Origin: Macrostomum lignano
Lineage: Eukaryota
Length of the DNA stretch: 64,000 nucleotides
Assembly (NCBI GenBank): GCA_002269645.1
Contig: NIVC01000648.1
Span: forward strand, 73,829 to 137,828
Direction: 5' to 3'
A model generated the notes under the pieces. That model did not search any database. It was not told the origin of the DNA and saw nothing but the letters and a program-made list of their open reading frames with translations. This document shows, piece after piece, positions 22,309-34,200 of this stretch; within the stretch, counting starts at the first letter, position 1, and every line of letters begins with the position of its first letter. Made by a program: the position numbers and the translations under genes.

Positions 22309-24582
22309 CTAGCTGCTGTTCTCCAGCCACTCCAGAACCTTCACCAGCAGATCCCTGGCAATGCCAGAAGCCTCCTGCACCAGCCTCTTGGCCAGCTCGA
22401 TAGCAGCCTGCTTGCCGTGCTCAGCCAGCTCCCTCAGGATAGCCTTGACCTGCTCCATGTCGATACCGATGATGTCCAGGATGTAGGCATTGCGGTTCTC
22501 CAGCCACTGAAGGACCTTGATGAGGACGTCCCTCAGTTCTCCTTCGGCATCCTGCAGGAGCTTTTTAGTCAGCCTGATGGCGGCCTCCTTTCCGGCGTTA
22601 GCCAGCTCCCTCAGGATAGCCTTGACCTCATCAATGTCAATATCGATGTTGTCCAGGATGTAGGCGTCGTCGTTGCGGTTCTCCAGCCACTCGAGGACAC
22701 GGATGAGGATGTCCTTCAGAGCTCCCTGGGCCTCCTGCAGCAGTCTCTTGGCCAGCTCGATAGCGGCCTGCTTGCCGTGCTCAGCCAGCTCCCTCAGGAT
22801 GGCCTTGACCTGCTCGATGTCGATACCGATGATGTCCAGGATGTAGGCGGACCTCTGACGCTCAAGGATCTCGAGCACCTTGATGAGGATGTCCTTAAGA
22901 GCTCCTTGGGCTTCCTCCAGCATCCTCTTGGCCAGCTCGATAGCGGCCTGCTTGCCGTGCTGAGCGAGCTCCCTCAGGATAGCCTTGACCTCCTCCACGT
23001 CGATGCCGATCAGGTCCAGGATGAAAGCGTCGTCGTTGCGGTTCTCCAGCCACTCCAGAACCTTCACCAGTAGATCCCTGGCGATACCAGAAGCCTCCTG
23101 CAGCAGTCTCTTGGCCAGCTCGATAGCGGCCTGCTTGCCGTGCTCAGCCAGCTCCCTCAGGATAGCCTTGACCTGCTCGAGGTCGATACCGATGATGTCC
23201 AGGATGTAGGCGTCGTCGTTGCGGTTCTCCAGCCACTCCAGAACCTTCACCAGCAGATCCTTGGCGATGCCAGAAGCTTCCTGCAGCAGTCTCTTGGCCA
23301 GCTCGATAGCGGCCTGCTTGCCGTGCTCAGCCAGCTCTCTCAGGATAGCCTTGACCTGCTCCATGTCGATGCCAATGATGTCCAGGATGTAGGCGGACCT
23401 CTGACGCTCCAGGATCTCGAGCACCTTGATGAGGATGTCCTTCAGAGCTCCTTGAGCGTGCTCCAACATCCTCTTGGCCAGCTCGATAGCGGCGTCCATA
23501 CCGTTCTGAGCGAGCTCCCTCAGGATGGCCTTGACCTCCTCGACGTCAATGCCGATCAGGTCGAGAATGAACGCGTCGTCATTGCGGTTCTCCAGCCACT
23601 CGAGGACACGGATGAGGATGTCCTTCAGAGCTCCCTGGGCCTCCTGCAGCAGTCTCTTGGCCAGCTCGATAGCGGCCTGCTTGCCGTGCTCAGCCAGCTC
23701 CCTCAGGATAGCCTTGACCTGCTCGATGTCGATACCGATGATGTCCAGGATATAGGCAGACCTCTGACGCTCCAGGATCTCGAGCACCTTGATGAGGATG
23801 TCCTTAAGAGCTCCTTGGGCTTCCTCCAGCATCCTCTTGGCCAGCTCGATAGCGGCCTGCTTGCCGTGCTGAGCGAGCTCCCTCAGGATAGCCTTGACCT
23901 CCTCCACGTCGATGCCGATCAGGTCCAGGATGAAAGCGTCGTCGTTGCGGTTCTCCAGCCACTCCAGAACCTTCACCAGTAGATCCTTGGCAATGCCAGA
24001 AGCCTCCTGCACCAGCCTCTTGGCCAGCTCGATAGCGGCCTGCTTGCCGTGCTCAGCCAGCTCCCTCAGGATAGCCTTGATCTGCTCCATGTCGATACCG
24101 ATGATGTCCAGGATGTAGGCGTCGTCGTTGCGGTTCTCCAGCCACTCCAGAACCTTTACCAGCAGATCCTTGGCGATGCCAGAAGCCTCCTGCACCAGCC
24201 TCTTGGCCAGCTCGATAGCGGCCTGCTTGCCGTGCTCAGCCAGCTCCCTCAGGATGGCCTTGACCTGCTCCATGTCGATACCGATGATGTCCAGGATGTA
24301 GGCGGACTTCTGACGCTCCAGAATTTCGAGGACCTTGATGAGGATGTCCTTCAGGGCTCCTTGAGCGTGTTCCAACATCCTCTTGGCCAGCTCGATAGCG
24401 GCGTCCATACCGTTCTGAGCGAGCTCCCTCAGGATAGCCTTGACCTCCTCCACGTCGATGCCGATCAGATCCAGGATGAAGGCGTCATCCTGCAGTTCAC
24501 CCTTCGCTACCTCCTGCAGAGGAGCGGCCTGGGCAAAGGCGAATGCCAAAGAGGCGAGTCCTAGTAGAATCCAAAGCTTCAT
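22309..24582 (-). CDS. Secreted tandem helical-repeat polyprotein, copy B (single exon; signal peptide, short pro-segment, 12 units of ~60/61 aa)
   Basis: Uninterrupted ORF. The likely start ATG at 24582 gives MKLWILLGLASLAFAFAQA (signal peptide), then APLQEVAKGELQDD and 12 repeats, ending ENSS-TAG at 22309. Confidence 0.93.
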   Translation of the reverse strand: MKLWILLGLASLAFAFAQAAPLQEVAKGELQDDAFILDLIGIDVEEVKAILRELAQNGMDAAIELAKRMLEHAQGALKDILIKVLEILERQKSAYILDIIGIDMEQVKAILRELAEHGKQAAIELAKRLVQEASGIAKDLLVKVLEWLENRNDDAYILDIIGIDMEQIKAILRELAEHGKQAAIELAKRLVQEASGIAKDLLVKVLEWLENRNDDAFILDLIGIDVEEVKAILRELAQHGKQAAIELAKRMLEEAQGALKDILIKVLEILERQRSAYILDIIGIDIEQVKAILRELAEHGKQAAIELAKRLLQEAQGALKDILIRVLEWLENRNDDAFILDLIGIDVEEVKAILRELAQNGMDAAIELAKRMLEHAQGALKDILIKVLEILERQRSAYILDIIGIDMEQVKAILRELAEHGKQAAIELAKRLLQEASGIAKDLLVKVLEWLENRNDDAYILDIIGIDLEQVKAILRELAEHGKQAAIELAKRLLQEASGIARDLLVKVLEWLENRNDDAFILDLIGIDVEEVKAILRELAQHGKQAAIELAKRMLEEAQGALKDILIKVLEILERQRSAYILDIIGIDIEQVKAILRELAEHGKQAAIELAKRLLQEAQGALKDILIRVLEWLENRNDDAYILDNIDIDIDEVKAILRELANAGKEAAIRLTKKLLQDAEGELRDVLIKVLQWLENRNAYILDIIGIDMEQVKAILRELAEHGKQAAIELAKRLVQEASGIARDLLVKVLEWLENSS

Positions 24583-25379
24583 GTTTGAAGTTTTCAAGTC
24601 GAGTGATGAGTCGTTTACGAAATTTGGTCCGTATATATGCATTTTCAAGTTGCTTTGCTAGTGATTTCTGACTTGTTTCGGCTGACGTTTTCTCAACGTT
24701 ATCAGTTCACCGCTTTGTTTGCTGTCTTTCAAACGTGCGTATCATTGAGAGAAATATTTCACCGATTTTTCCTTCTGGACCATTTTTAACCTTTCCTTTG
24801 GAATAATTCCAAAGTGGCCTAATGTTGCAGAAATTCCTGCACCCTGTTGATAGGAAATTGAAATTGAGTTTGCTTTTTCTGAAAAAATTCTTCGGTGGCG
24901 TGACTTGATAGCGTCACGCGTTGACGCATGCGATCCTGAAACTTACCGCCTCAGGGCAAATCTTCTATGGTTTCTATTTTTAACTTTTTAACACGTGCTC
25001 TACAGGTTTAGAGTTAGAATTTACGTTGAAGATTGAGATGCGCATTAGTTTCATTCATGAATGATGATGGATCTCAAGGCTCGTTTACGCTGCCATCAAA
25101 AGACAACATTTTTTGTTATCACAAGTCTTGTATACGCGTAAAGTTTGCGTAGCTGTGTACTATTAATTTTTTATTTGAAGGCTGTGAACAAGCCTTGAAT
25201 TCTGAACGGACTGGGCAGTATTTTTTTGAGTAATTTCATCGCATCGCAGTCATAGTCGAAAAACTTCTTTACCCAATTCTGCCAAGGTTGTTCGGATCAG
25301 CTAGAAAGTATATGGCGCCCATATTGATGGCTTGCTATGCGGCTGGGGAAGGAAAGATTCGGTGGGTCTGGTCTATTTT

Positions 25380-25389
25380 CCAAATTAGG
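25380..25389. promoter_or_regulatory. CArG box (candidate SRF site) upstream of the titin-like gene
   Basis: Exact CC(A/T)6GG match, CCAAATTAGG, about 500 bp upstream of the ATG of a muscle gene. A 10-mer can arise by chance. Confidence 0.4.
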
Positions 25390-25893
25390 AAAGCCCCCTT
25401 TCAAATCGATCCACGGCAAACCTTCCCGTTCTTTCGCTCCACTCTTCTTTCTCCCCTCAAACCTATCGTCATCTGCGCCGCCATCCCCGGCTCCACAGAC
25501 GGTTTGCCTCTGGCATTTATGCCCGCGCTCGGCGCCCCGACCCCGACAGACCGCGCTTGCACACGCTCGGCGAGGTCCAAATTTCGTCTAGAGCGCGGCG
25601 GCAGGCAGGCAAAGCTAGGGGCCATTCAGGCCGAGTTCTTCTTCTCGGCTGCGGACCTGCTGGCAGCAGACGGACGAGCAGAACCCTAGCAAAGCGCGAA
25701 GAGCAAATCTCGGATCGGCTTCCTCGAAGGAGAGGAAATCTTTTTTTCTTATCGCTTCGAACTATTCACCTTTCTTTTCTCCTTTCCTTCATTAGTATTG
25801 TTAGTTACGCTTGCCCTGTTTATTAGCCTAGAGCGACCACACAGCAATTCTGAGCAACCTAGAGACGCACACGATAACAAATACAAAAAGATC

Positions 25894-28800
25894 ATGTCGG
25901 ACCACAGTTCAGCTTCGTCGGACTTTTCGGAGACTCATCCTTCCACCACAACCATCAGCACCGTTGCTGTGCAGGCTGGTCCTGCCAGAATTGTGCTGGC
26001 TGTATTGCGGGTAGGTCTTTCCCACTGAAACATGCTTAGTTCTTTGCCCAGGAATCAACTGTGATTGTCGTGTATTAGCCTGTATAACGAATTGGATACA
26101 TAGGAGTTACACAGTTTCTACTAGAAAGACACCCAGGCTTATTGACAAGTCTGTCTTGCCGGCATTCTTATCAGGGTGCGCTTGTAGCTTCACACACTGG
26201 CTAGGGGGGGGGGGGGACCTAGCGACACATGCGAGGGATTCGCGTTTGAAAAGGGGAGCTCAAAATAGAGTAGAATACCGGCTTGTACGAGCATTGGCAT
26301 GGTTGTATGCGCATTTGAAAACTTCGAGAACAGATAACCAAATCGATGAAATTTGCAATGCATTTTATTTTAGTGCGGAGAATGGATCAGAGTTCGTATT
26401 CAGCAAATGGACCCGGACCTGTACGACATCGGCGCCAGTTTAGAGGAGGCCATGGAGATGCAGAGAGTTCACGAACAGCTGCGCTACAAACTGCAGGTAG
26501 TTAAAGTGTTCGATTATTTAAACAATTTTGCGAGTATTAGGACTCAGAACCAAGACTGCACAGACTACCTAGAAAATTTTTCACAAATTTTAGGCAAAGC
26601 AGTCGCAAATCTCAGAGCTTCTGGCCCGAGCAGACGATCTCGTGGCTCAACAGCGCACTCGCACGGAAGTTTACGAAGCCATGGCCCAGTCGCTGGGTAA
26701 AGCCTGGCAAGATCTTCAAAGCATCATGGAGCGACGCAGCGACTTGCTAGCCCATGCCGTGTTATTCTTCACGCACGTCAGCCAGTATTCGAATCAATTC
26801 GACCTAATCACCGATCTATGTCGACACTTCGACGCACCGCACGACGGACAGACAGTGGAGCGTCTGCTCCATGAGCATCACGAAATGAAGCAGAAGCTGT
26901 TGGAGCAGTCCAAAGTTACACTGGAAGTTGGACACCAGCTGCTAGATCATTTGAGGAGGCTGAGCTGTGCCACCCAGTCTGAGCAGCGGCAATCTGTTCT
27001 GACGGCCTGTAATCGCGTGGAGCGAATTCTCGAGAGCCTGACAGAGCGACGGCGTGGCCTTGACGAGCTGTGGCGCGGTCGAAAGCACCGGCTAGAAGAG
27101 GCCACCAGGCTGACTTCTCTCGACGATGAACTTCAGCGGCTGCTGAGATCGCTTGCCAGAGGCGATTACCTGGTCTCAAATTGCGAGATCGGTCGGAGCC
27201 TTCAGGAGTCTGAGATGCTGATGAAAGAAGTTCTGGCGTTCGGCAACGAGGCGGGCGATGTTCAAGACGCTCTGCTCCGATTGTGCCGTTCCGCAACGTC
27301 TCTCATGGAGCCGGGAGGCTTTGCGGACACGGACTCAATCAGACGGAGGCTTGAGAAGGCCGACCGCGTAGCAGAAGAGTTCATCCAGCGTTTGGAGACG
27401 CGAAGGCGACTGCTAAATATGGCCGTAATTTTCTACAGCGAAGTTGAAGTGCTATTTCAGCGAGCCCGTCGACTTGACATTGCGCCAAATGAGTCACTTC
27501 ACGAGGTTGAAGCCAGGCTGCCTGGGCTTCGCACTACCGGACAGGCATTGCTGGCCAAGCTTGAGCCGGACAGTCACTCTGCGCATGCGGTCAGGTCGAA
27601 GCTGAAGGAAGCTGAAGACTTCCTAGACAAGTGCTACCAGCTCGTGCGCCGTCATGAACAAGAAGATGAGAAGCGGACTTGCACTAGTCGGCTGGAGATT
27701 CTGAACACTTGGATGGTTGAGATTGTCTTCCGTCGGCTGCGCGAGGGCAACGATCCAGGAACTACGGTGGCCTCAGTGCAGAACTTCATCGATGCGCACC
27801 AGCATCTGCTAGAGGAGCTATCAAGACGCGAGGGCGAATTTCATCAGGTTGAAATTCTAATTGAACGCTACACGATAAGCGCGCATTCCTTCGGCGCCTG
27901 CAGGAGCTGCGCCAGAAACTGGGCCATGCTAAGACCATCTGCCACTTCCGCCTGGACGTTGGTCATCGCTTGCTGGCCCTACTCAGACAAGCGCAGCAGG
28001 ACGAGCTCAGTATCCAGGTGTTCCTGAGTGGCCTTGACGAGGCCAGAACCCGGGCTGACCTGCTGACAGACTACTGGTTTACGGACTCTGCGAGACAGCA
28101 GAATATGCTTGTTAGCCAGCTGTACGATCAGCAAGCGAGCATCAGGGAGATTCTAAAGAAGGTATGACTGATTTGCGTAGATTTTTATCCAATAATCCAA
28201 TGATCAAGACTGTTCATTATAGAATTTATATGATTTTCCCGTCAGATTTCTGCCAGTCGCACGGCTGAAGACGACGACTTCTCGGCTGGGCCGCTCAGCC
28301 GCTACCTGGAGTCGCAGCTGGCGCGCATCGATGCTCATCTATCGGCCCTGCACGAGCAGTGGAACTCGGCGCAGCGCCTACGCGAAGAGGTCGGCATCTA
28401 CAAGCAGCAGCTGCGCGAGTTCAACAGCGACGCCCGACGAGCCGAGGATATGATGCGCGACGCTGAGGCTAAGTTTACGTCTACTGTGCACTTTCGGTGA
28501 GCACATTTTTTGTTGCTGACATAAGTTTCTAACCCTACAAGGGAGAGACTTCTAGATACTTAAAGACTCGAGTTGAAATACATCGGGGATCAAAGCTCAT
28601 TTGAAGCTTTAAGAACCGTTGCATTCCATGCTCCATGCTCATTACATTTATTGAATAGTTCAAGCCCCAAAACGGGCCTGTCAAAAAAGGCCTTCTGCTA
28701 CTGTTTATTTGTATGCTATTAACTTTATCAATAATGTTATTGCACCTCATATTAGTATTATGAAAATTTTGCTAGCTGCTTATCTCTGCAACAATTCTCA

Positions 28801-31228
28801 AGAAATATCTTTCCACCCTCCAATGCAGTGACTTTCTCGACTTCGACCAGTTTCTAGCCGAGCACAATCGCTCTCGCGACGTAGTCAATCAATTCGTCAA
28901 TTTGACCCTGACCAAGGGTCGCGACCTGCTGCACATGCTGTCAACACGAAGCGAAGACAGCGGCGCAGCCAAGGAGACTCGCAGCGCTCTCAGCTCGCTT
29001 CAGGCGGCCAAAGAGCAATGGGATCGCGTGTGGCAGACGTCTCTAAGTCGAGCGCAGGATCAGCTGAGGTCCACGGAAGCGTTGGGGCAAATAGAAGTGA
29101 GTGCAGAAATGTGAACAACTGATGCTTCACTAAATATGCATTGATTTTAGTGCAATAATAATTTGTTTCGAAAGTCTCTGCTGAGCATCGACACACCAGA
29201 ATGAATAAAACCGTAGGCACAGAAGGATTGCTGCGTATCAGAGGGCTTCACATTGATGGGAGTTTTGCCTTTAGAATTCTTGGCACGGCTCCAGTTGCGT
29301 AAACAGACAGTCAGATTTTCTTCTGCGTCAAACTGTTCCTAATCTTTTTTCTAGCTATTTCTGGCGCCAGTGACTGGTTGCTGCTGGTAAAGATGGCGCA
29401 AACCACCGCACAAATTTGGACTCTCCCGTGACTGCATCGGGACATACGTATATTCAGCGGTTCAGCATTTTCCTCTCCCCGCACCTAGACAGGCAGCCCT
29501 CCATCACAATCGTTAGTCACGCCGAGGCAGGCAGCAGCAGGGCATCCTTCCCCCCCCTCTGCTAGAAGCCCTGCTGTCGGACTTCGATCGATAACCTCGA
29601 ACCTTTGCTAAGCTGAACATCGCGGCATAGGCATTTTCCTAGTTCAAGGGATAGGGGCAGATAAGGCGATCGGGCTAGCAGGGGAGTGTAGTTCCGCATC
29701 TCCCAGTTTCCAGAAAATTCCATTCCACCAGCGCAAGGAATTTTCCTTGTACAAGCCAGTGCAAGCGAACCGACGCTATATTCGTCGAAGGCGGTTTTTT
29801 GCGTTTTAGTCAAAACAGAACTTAGCTGGAAGCGAATCGATGTAGACGGAGAGGAAGGAACAAATGGTGGCTCGGACCTTTCCACTGCTTCAAGCGATGG
29901 ATCCATTAATAATCCTTCCGGGGGGCCGCTTGGGCCGGTCGATGCAGCTACACGAAGCGAGATATGCGCAAAAAAGCTGGCGTAATTTTCAATGCCATCC
30001 TATAGCAGATGTTTCGCTGAAATGCGGCATAGTCACGTTTTGTTCTATAAAGGTGCGATAGTCCAATGAAGCGGAAGCTGCAGTTCGGCTGACTAAAAGC
30101 TGCGAAAGAGTGGGGGGTACACAGGCACACAAGGGCTGGACACTGACTAAATTCTATTGGGACTACTGGTACGCGCTGGACGGGTCCGAGTTTAAATAGC
30201 ATAGTAGACACCGCCGAAAAAGAGAAATAGTATGGAATGGATGAATGACAATGGGCGGCGGAGGCGAGCACAATTAAGTGAGTTGTGCAGATAATTATTA
30301 ACTCAGGACTGTGCTTGGCTGGTCAGTAGCGCACATTCTCTCTAGCTCATTCTCTTTCCATCTCTTTCCTCTGTTCTTCGAGTCTTCTTTAGTCAAAGTG
30401 TTTCAATGGACTAACATGTACAGTAAAGTGGCCATGCCTGAGCTGACCTGAGCACCTGCTCATGTGGTACTCATCGTACGAGTACTCAGCGTAGACAAGC
30501 AGTTATTTCGGCTTTTTAGAAAGCCGTAAGAATTTTTTTATAAAAAACGTCAAGTCAACATGCAATCGTCATCGGGGCCCAATTTTCAGTACGTTGAGCG
30601 AGAAGTCGATCAGGCAGTGCTGGAGCTTCGCCGAGCCCGCGACGCCATGCAGACGGAGCCATCGGAGAAAACACGAGACAGCCTGCAACTGCTAGAGAAC
30701 CGAGTACCGGTACGGTTGCTGATCTACGCCTAGAGTTATGTAGAACAGAACAGAACAGAACAGAACAGAACAGAACAGAACAGAACAGAACAGAACAGAA
30801 CAGAACAGAACAGAACAGAACAGAACAGAACAGAACAGAACAGAACAGAACAGAACAGAACAGAACAGAACAGAACAGAACAGAACAGAACAGAACAGAA
30901 CAGAACAGAACAGAACAGAACAGAACAGAACAGAACAGAACAGAACAGAACAGAACAGAACAGAGCAGAACAGAGCAGAACAGAACAGAACAGAACAGAG
31001 CAGAACAGAACAGAACAGAACAGAACAGAACAGAACAGAACAGAGCAGAGCAGAACAGAACAGAGCAGAACAGAACACAACCGACCAGATCATGGTTCAA
31101 TGGTCTCAATTCCATGGTGTCATTGAATTTCTAATAAATTTTCGGACTTTTAGCAAAACTAACGAAAATTGTGAATTCAGTATCTAAAAGATCAAGTCCG
31201 AGCATCCACTGAGCGTTCGGAGAGCCAG
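25894..31228 (+). CDS. CCDC141/zormin-like helical (spectrin-repeat) exons: 25894-26010, 26374-26496, 26594-28161, 28246-28496, 28829-29096, 30590-30709, start of exon at 31181
   Basis: STTTISTVAVQAGPARIVLAVLR|CGEWIRV...DIGASLEE and VYEAMAQSLGKAWQDLQSIMERRSDLL resemble the recalled N-terminus of vertebrate CCDC141. Canonical GT-AG with matching phases; one frameshift at ~27870. Confidence 0.85.
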
Positions 31229-34200
31229 GTGACCATGGAGCGGGCCAATCAGTTAAAGAAAAAGTGGAGCCACTTTCTCATTGACTTGCAAGAGTTCCGC
31301 ACCCAAGTCGATCTCAATCTCAGCTTCCGCGACTCGTCGAAAAAGGTTGAGACGCACATCAGTGAGCTTTGGTTCTTCCTGAAAAGTAAGCGTCAGCAGC
31401 TGGATCAGTCTCAAGATCCGATTGTTTTCGATCGTATTGAGAAGGAGCTGCAGGACCGGCTGAATACGGTGCCGCAGGAAATCGATCAGGAACTGAGAAA
31501 CCTTAGCGAGTTGTCTTTCCAGCTGTATGGCTCCGCTGGACCGCAGCGGGTGCATCCGCTCACTGTGAAGGCCCAGGACTCTATCGGTGCGCTCAAGTCG
31601 CTGGATGACGAGTGCGTACAGAAGAACGAACACAGGCGCCAGTCGCAGGGTCCGCTTCAGGCGCCGGTCATCACTCAGCCGCTGCGCAACATCCAAGTAG
31701 AGGAGGGCTGCCCAGTTACACTCGAGGTGGCCTACAAGGAAGATTCTCGCTGCCAGACCGCCAGTCCGCAGTGGTTCAAAGACGGTATCACAGTTGACAG
31801 TCCTGACTACAAGACGCGTGCCTATCCGGGCCACGCCACCCTCACCATTGACGAGACATTTGCTGATGACTCAGCCAAGTACACGTGCAAGGTGAGCAAC
31901 CCCGCTGGCGCAGATGAAACTAGTGCCTACCTCAGCGTAGTCGAGACGCACCGAACTTTGGAACCGCCGGACTTTACCAAGCAACTTCGATCTGTGGATG
32001 TTCTTGAGGGAGAACCGCTAACGCTTGAGTGTCACGTGATTGGCGAGCCGTTTCCAAAGGTTTGCTGGTTTCGGAACGACATCAACCTGGACGCGTCGCC
32101 GGAGTACGTCATTACGCTAATTAACGGAGTGTGCACGTTAAAGGCGCGCAGCATGCAGACAATACACGCGGGCCGGTATCTGTGCAAAGCAACGTCATCT
32201 GCTGGATCTGCATCTACAACTTGTCTAGTTGGGATCAAACAACTTCAACGCCCTGTCATCCTGCAGCAACTTCCGTCAACTGCCGTCGATGTTGGAGTTC
32301 CAGTGCGTTTGGAGACCAAGTTTGAGGCGATGCCGCCGCCTGAAGTATCTTGGCTGAAAGACGGTGTCCCAGTGTTTGACTCGCCGGGTCGCAAAATCAA
32401 TATCGGAGCCAACGCAACCAGCCTATCGATAGACCGTGCCGAGCCCAGAGACCAGGGTCGCTATTCAGTGTCCGTGAGGAATCCGGCCGGACAGGCCCAA
32501 ACTAGCGGCACTCTAAACGTCAGCGGACCCGAAGATCTCCACCGGCCAAGCCAGATGAAGAGACAGGCCCAGCCTCAGCTGGACGATTGGCAGCAGCCAA
32601 AGCTTGCGAAAAAGCAAAACTCTAAACCAGTATTTGTATCGCCTCTAAAGGATGTTACAGTGCCAGAAGGAGCGCCCGTGCGCCTTGATTGCTCCGTCAC
32701 TGGTGTTCCTGATCCTTCTGTTGAGTGGTTTAAATCAGGCCGCTCTATAATGGAATCATCTGACTATAAATTTTCTATTGAAGGCGACAAGGTGGTCTTG
32801 ACAATACCGGAGGCCTTTTCAAATGACACGGCCGAGTACATGATCCGCGCGTTCAACGATTTCGGCTCCGCTGAGAGTCGCTGCAAAGTGAGGGTTCTGC
32901 CACCGATCACAACGAATCAGCGCCCGTCGACGAATCTGTGGCGCCGACAAGAGCGAAAAAGCCGCAGCGAGAGCTCCGCATGCCACGAGATGAAGGCGCA
33001 CCACCCGAATTTGTTCGCAAGCTGGCCGGTCAAAACTGCAGCGAGGGCGAGCCCTTAGAGATGTCAGTGCAAATCACGGGAAGTCCAGTGCCACAGGTGG
33101 TTTGGTTCAAGGATGGCAAGAAAATCGAACCATCGCCGGACTTCATTCTCGGAAACGACGGTGAGACAAGCTTCATGAAAATACCGGAAGTCTTTCAAGA
33201 GGACTCTGGTCGCTACGAAGTCGTCGCCACTAATCCGCACGGCACAGCTAAGTCTGGCGCAAACCTGCGCGTCAGACCGTTGTCAACTGAGGGAATTAAG
33301 ATCTCTCCGCAGATGTACGTGAATCAGTCGGCCCAGCAACCACCAGAATTTACTAAACTGTTCCGCGATCAGACGGCTAAAACATCAGAACCAATCACCA
33401 TCTCATGCGAAGTAACCGGCATTCCGGAGCCCATTGTCCGCTGGACATTCAACGGTCAGCCAGTTAAGCCAAGCCAAGCACGCATAACAGTGCAGGGCAA
33501 TAAGCATAGCCTGAGCATTCCCTCTATCGATAGCAGCCACGCCGGCAGGTACGCAGCCACAGCGGAAAATCCTCACGGTCGAGCCACCTGTGCCGCGCTG
33601 CTTGTAGTGGAGGATGCAAAGGAAAATCGTTACTTTCCAAGGACTACCTACGAGACTGCCACCCACGTGATTAGCAAAAAGTATTCAGCTTCAGCGGAAC
33701 ACCTGCAGCAGATGCGAGTTGTGCCCGCGATTCCATGGCGACCGGCCAGTCCAAGGTAAATCAAAGGGTATTTTACAACTTTTACATTTAACTGCCCTTA
33801 AATGTTTAATTATTTTAACATTTTATTCACATACATCCGCTCGATTCCGCAGGTCGCATTCATCCTACTACAAGACAGAACTGACTGGAAGCACTTTTGC
33901 TCCCGTCGACCTGACATTCAGCATGCCGATTCCGCCTGAGTTTATCCAGCCAATCAAGTCTGTGACTGCTAAAGAAGGGGCGAGGGTTGAATTCGACGGA
34001 TTCCTAGTTGGCAAGCCGGAGCCCACTGTTCGATGGTTCCGCGGTGGCCGAGAGTTGCACGACAGTCCCGACTTTGAAATCAAGTTCAAGGACGGTCGGG
34101 TTACCCTATCAATACCAGAAGCATTCCCGGAAGATCAGGGAACCTACACCTGCGAGGCGTCGAACAAGGGAGGGCAGACGTCTTCTTCGGCTGAACTAGT

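Noticed and set aside
22309-24582. Polyprotein repeats, and the 35-bp and 28-bp arrays elsewhere, as CRISPR-like arrays
   Set aside because: No unique spacers between repeats, eukaryotic context and no cas genes.
22309-24582. Internal KR in ELAKRL as a prohormone convertase site
   Set aside because: It lies mid-helix, is replaced by KK in several units, and is out of register with the boundaries set by the pro-segment and stop codon. Not excluded experimentally.
24583-24648. Upstream 22 codons of the 779-aa ORF (MKMHIYGPNF...)
   Set aside because: Starts at a non-ATG codon in the ORF track and precedes a clear signal peptide; most likely 5' UTR, with the true start at 24582.
29250-30271. 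ORFs 29562-29906 and 29948-30271 in a titin-like intron
   Set aside because: No recognisable family and no consistent frame; left unannotated.
30555-31115. Cys-rich ORFs (VLFCS)n
   Set aside because: Translation of the (CAGAA)n microsatellite.
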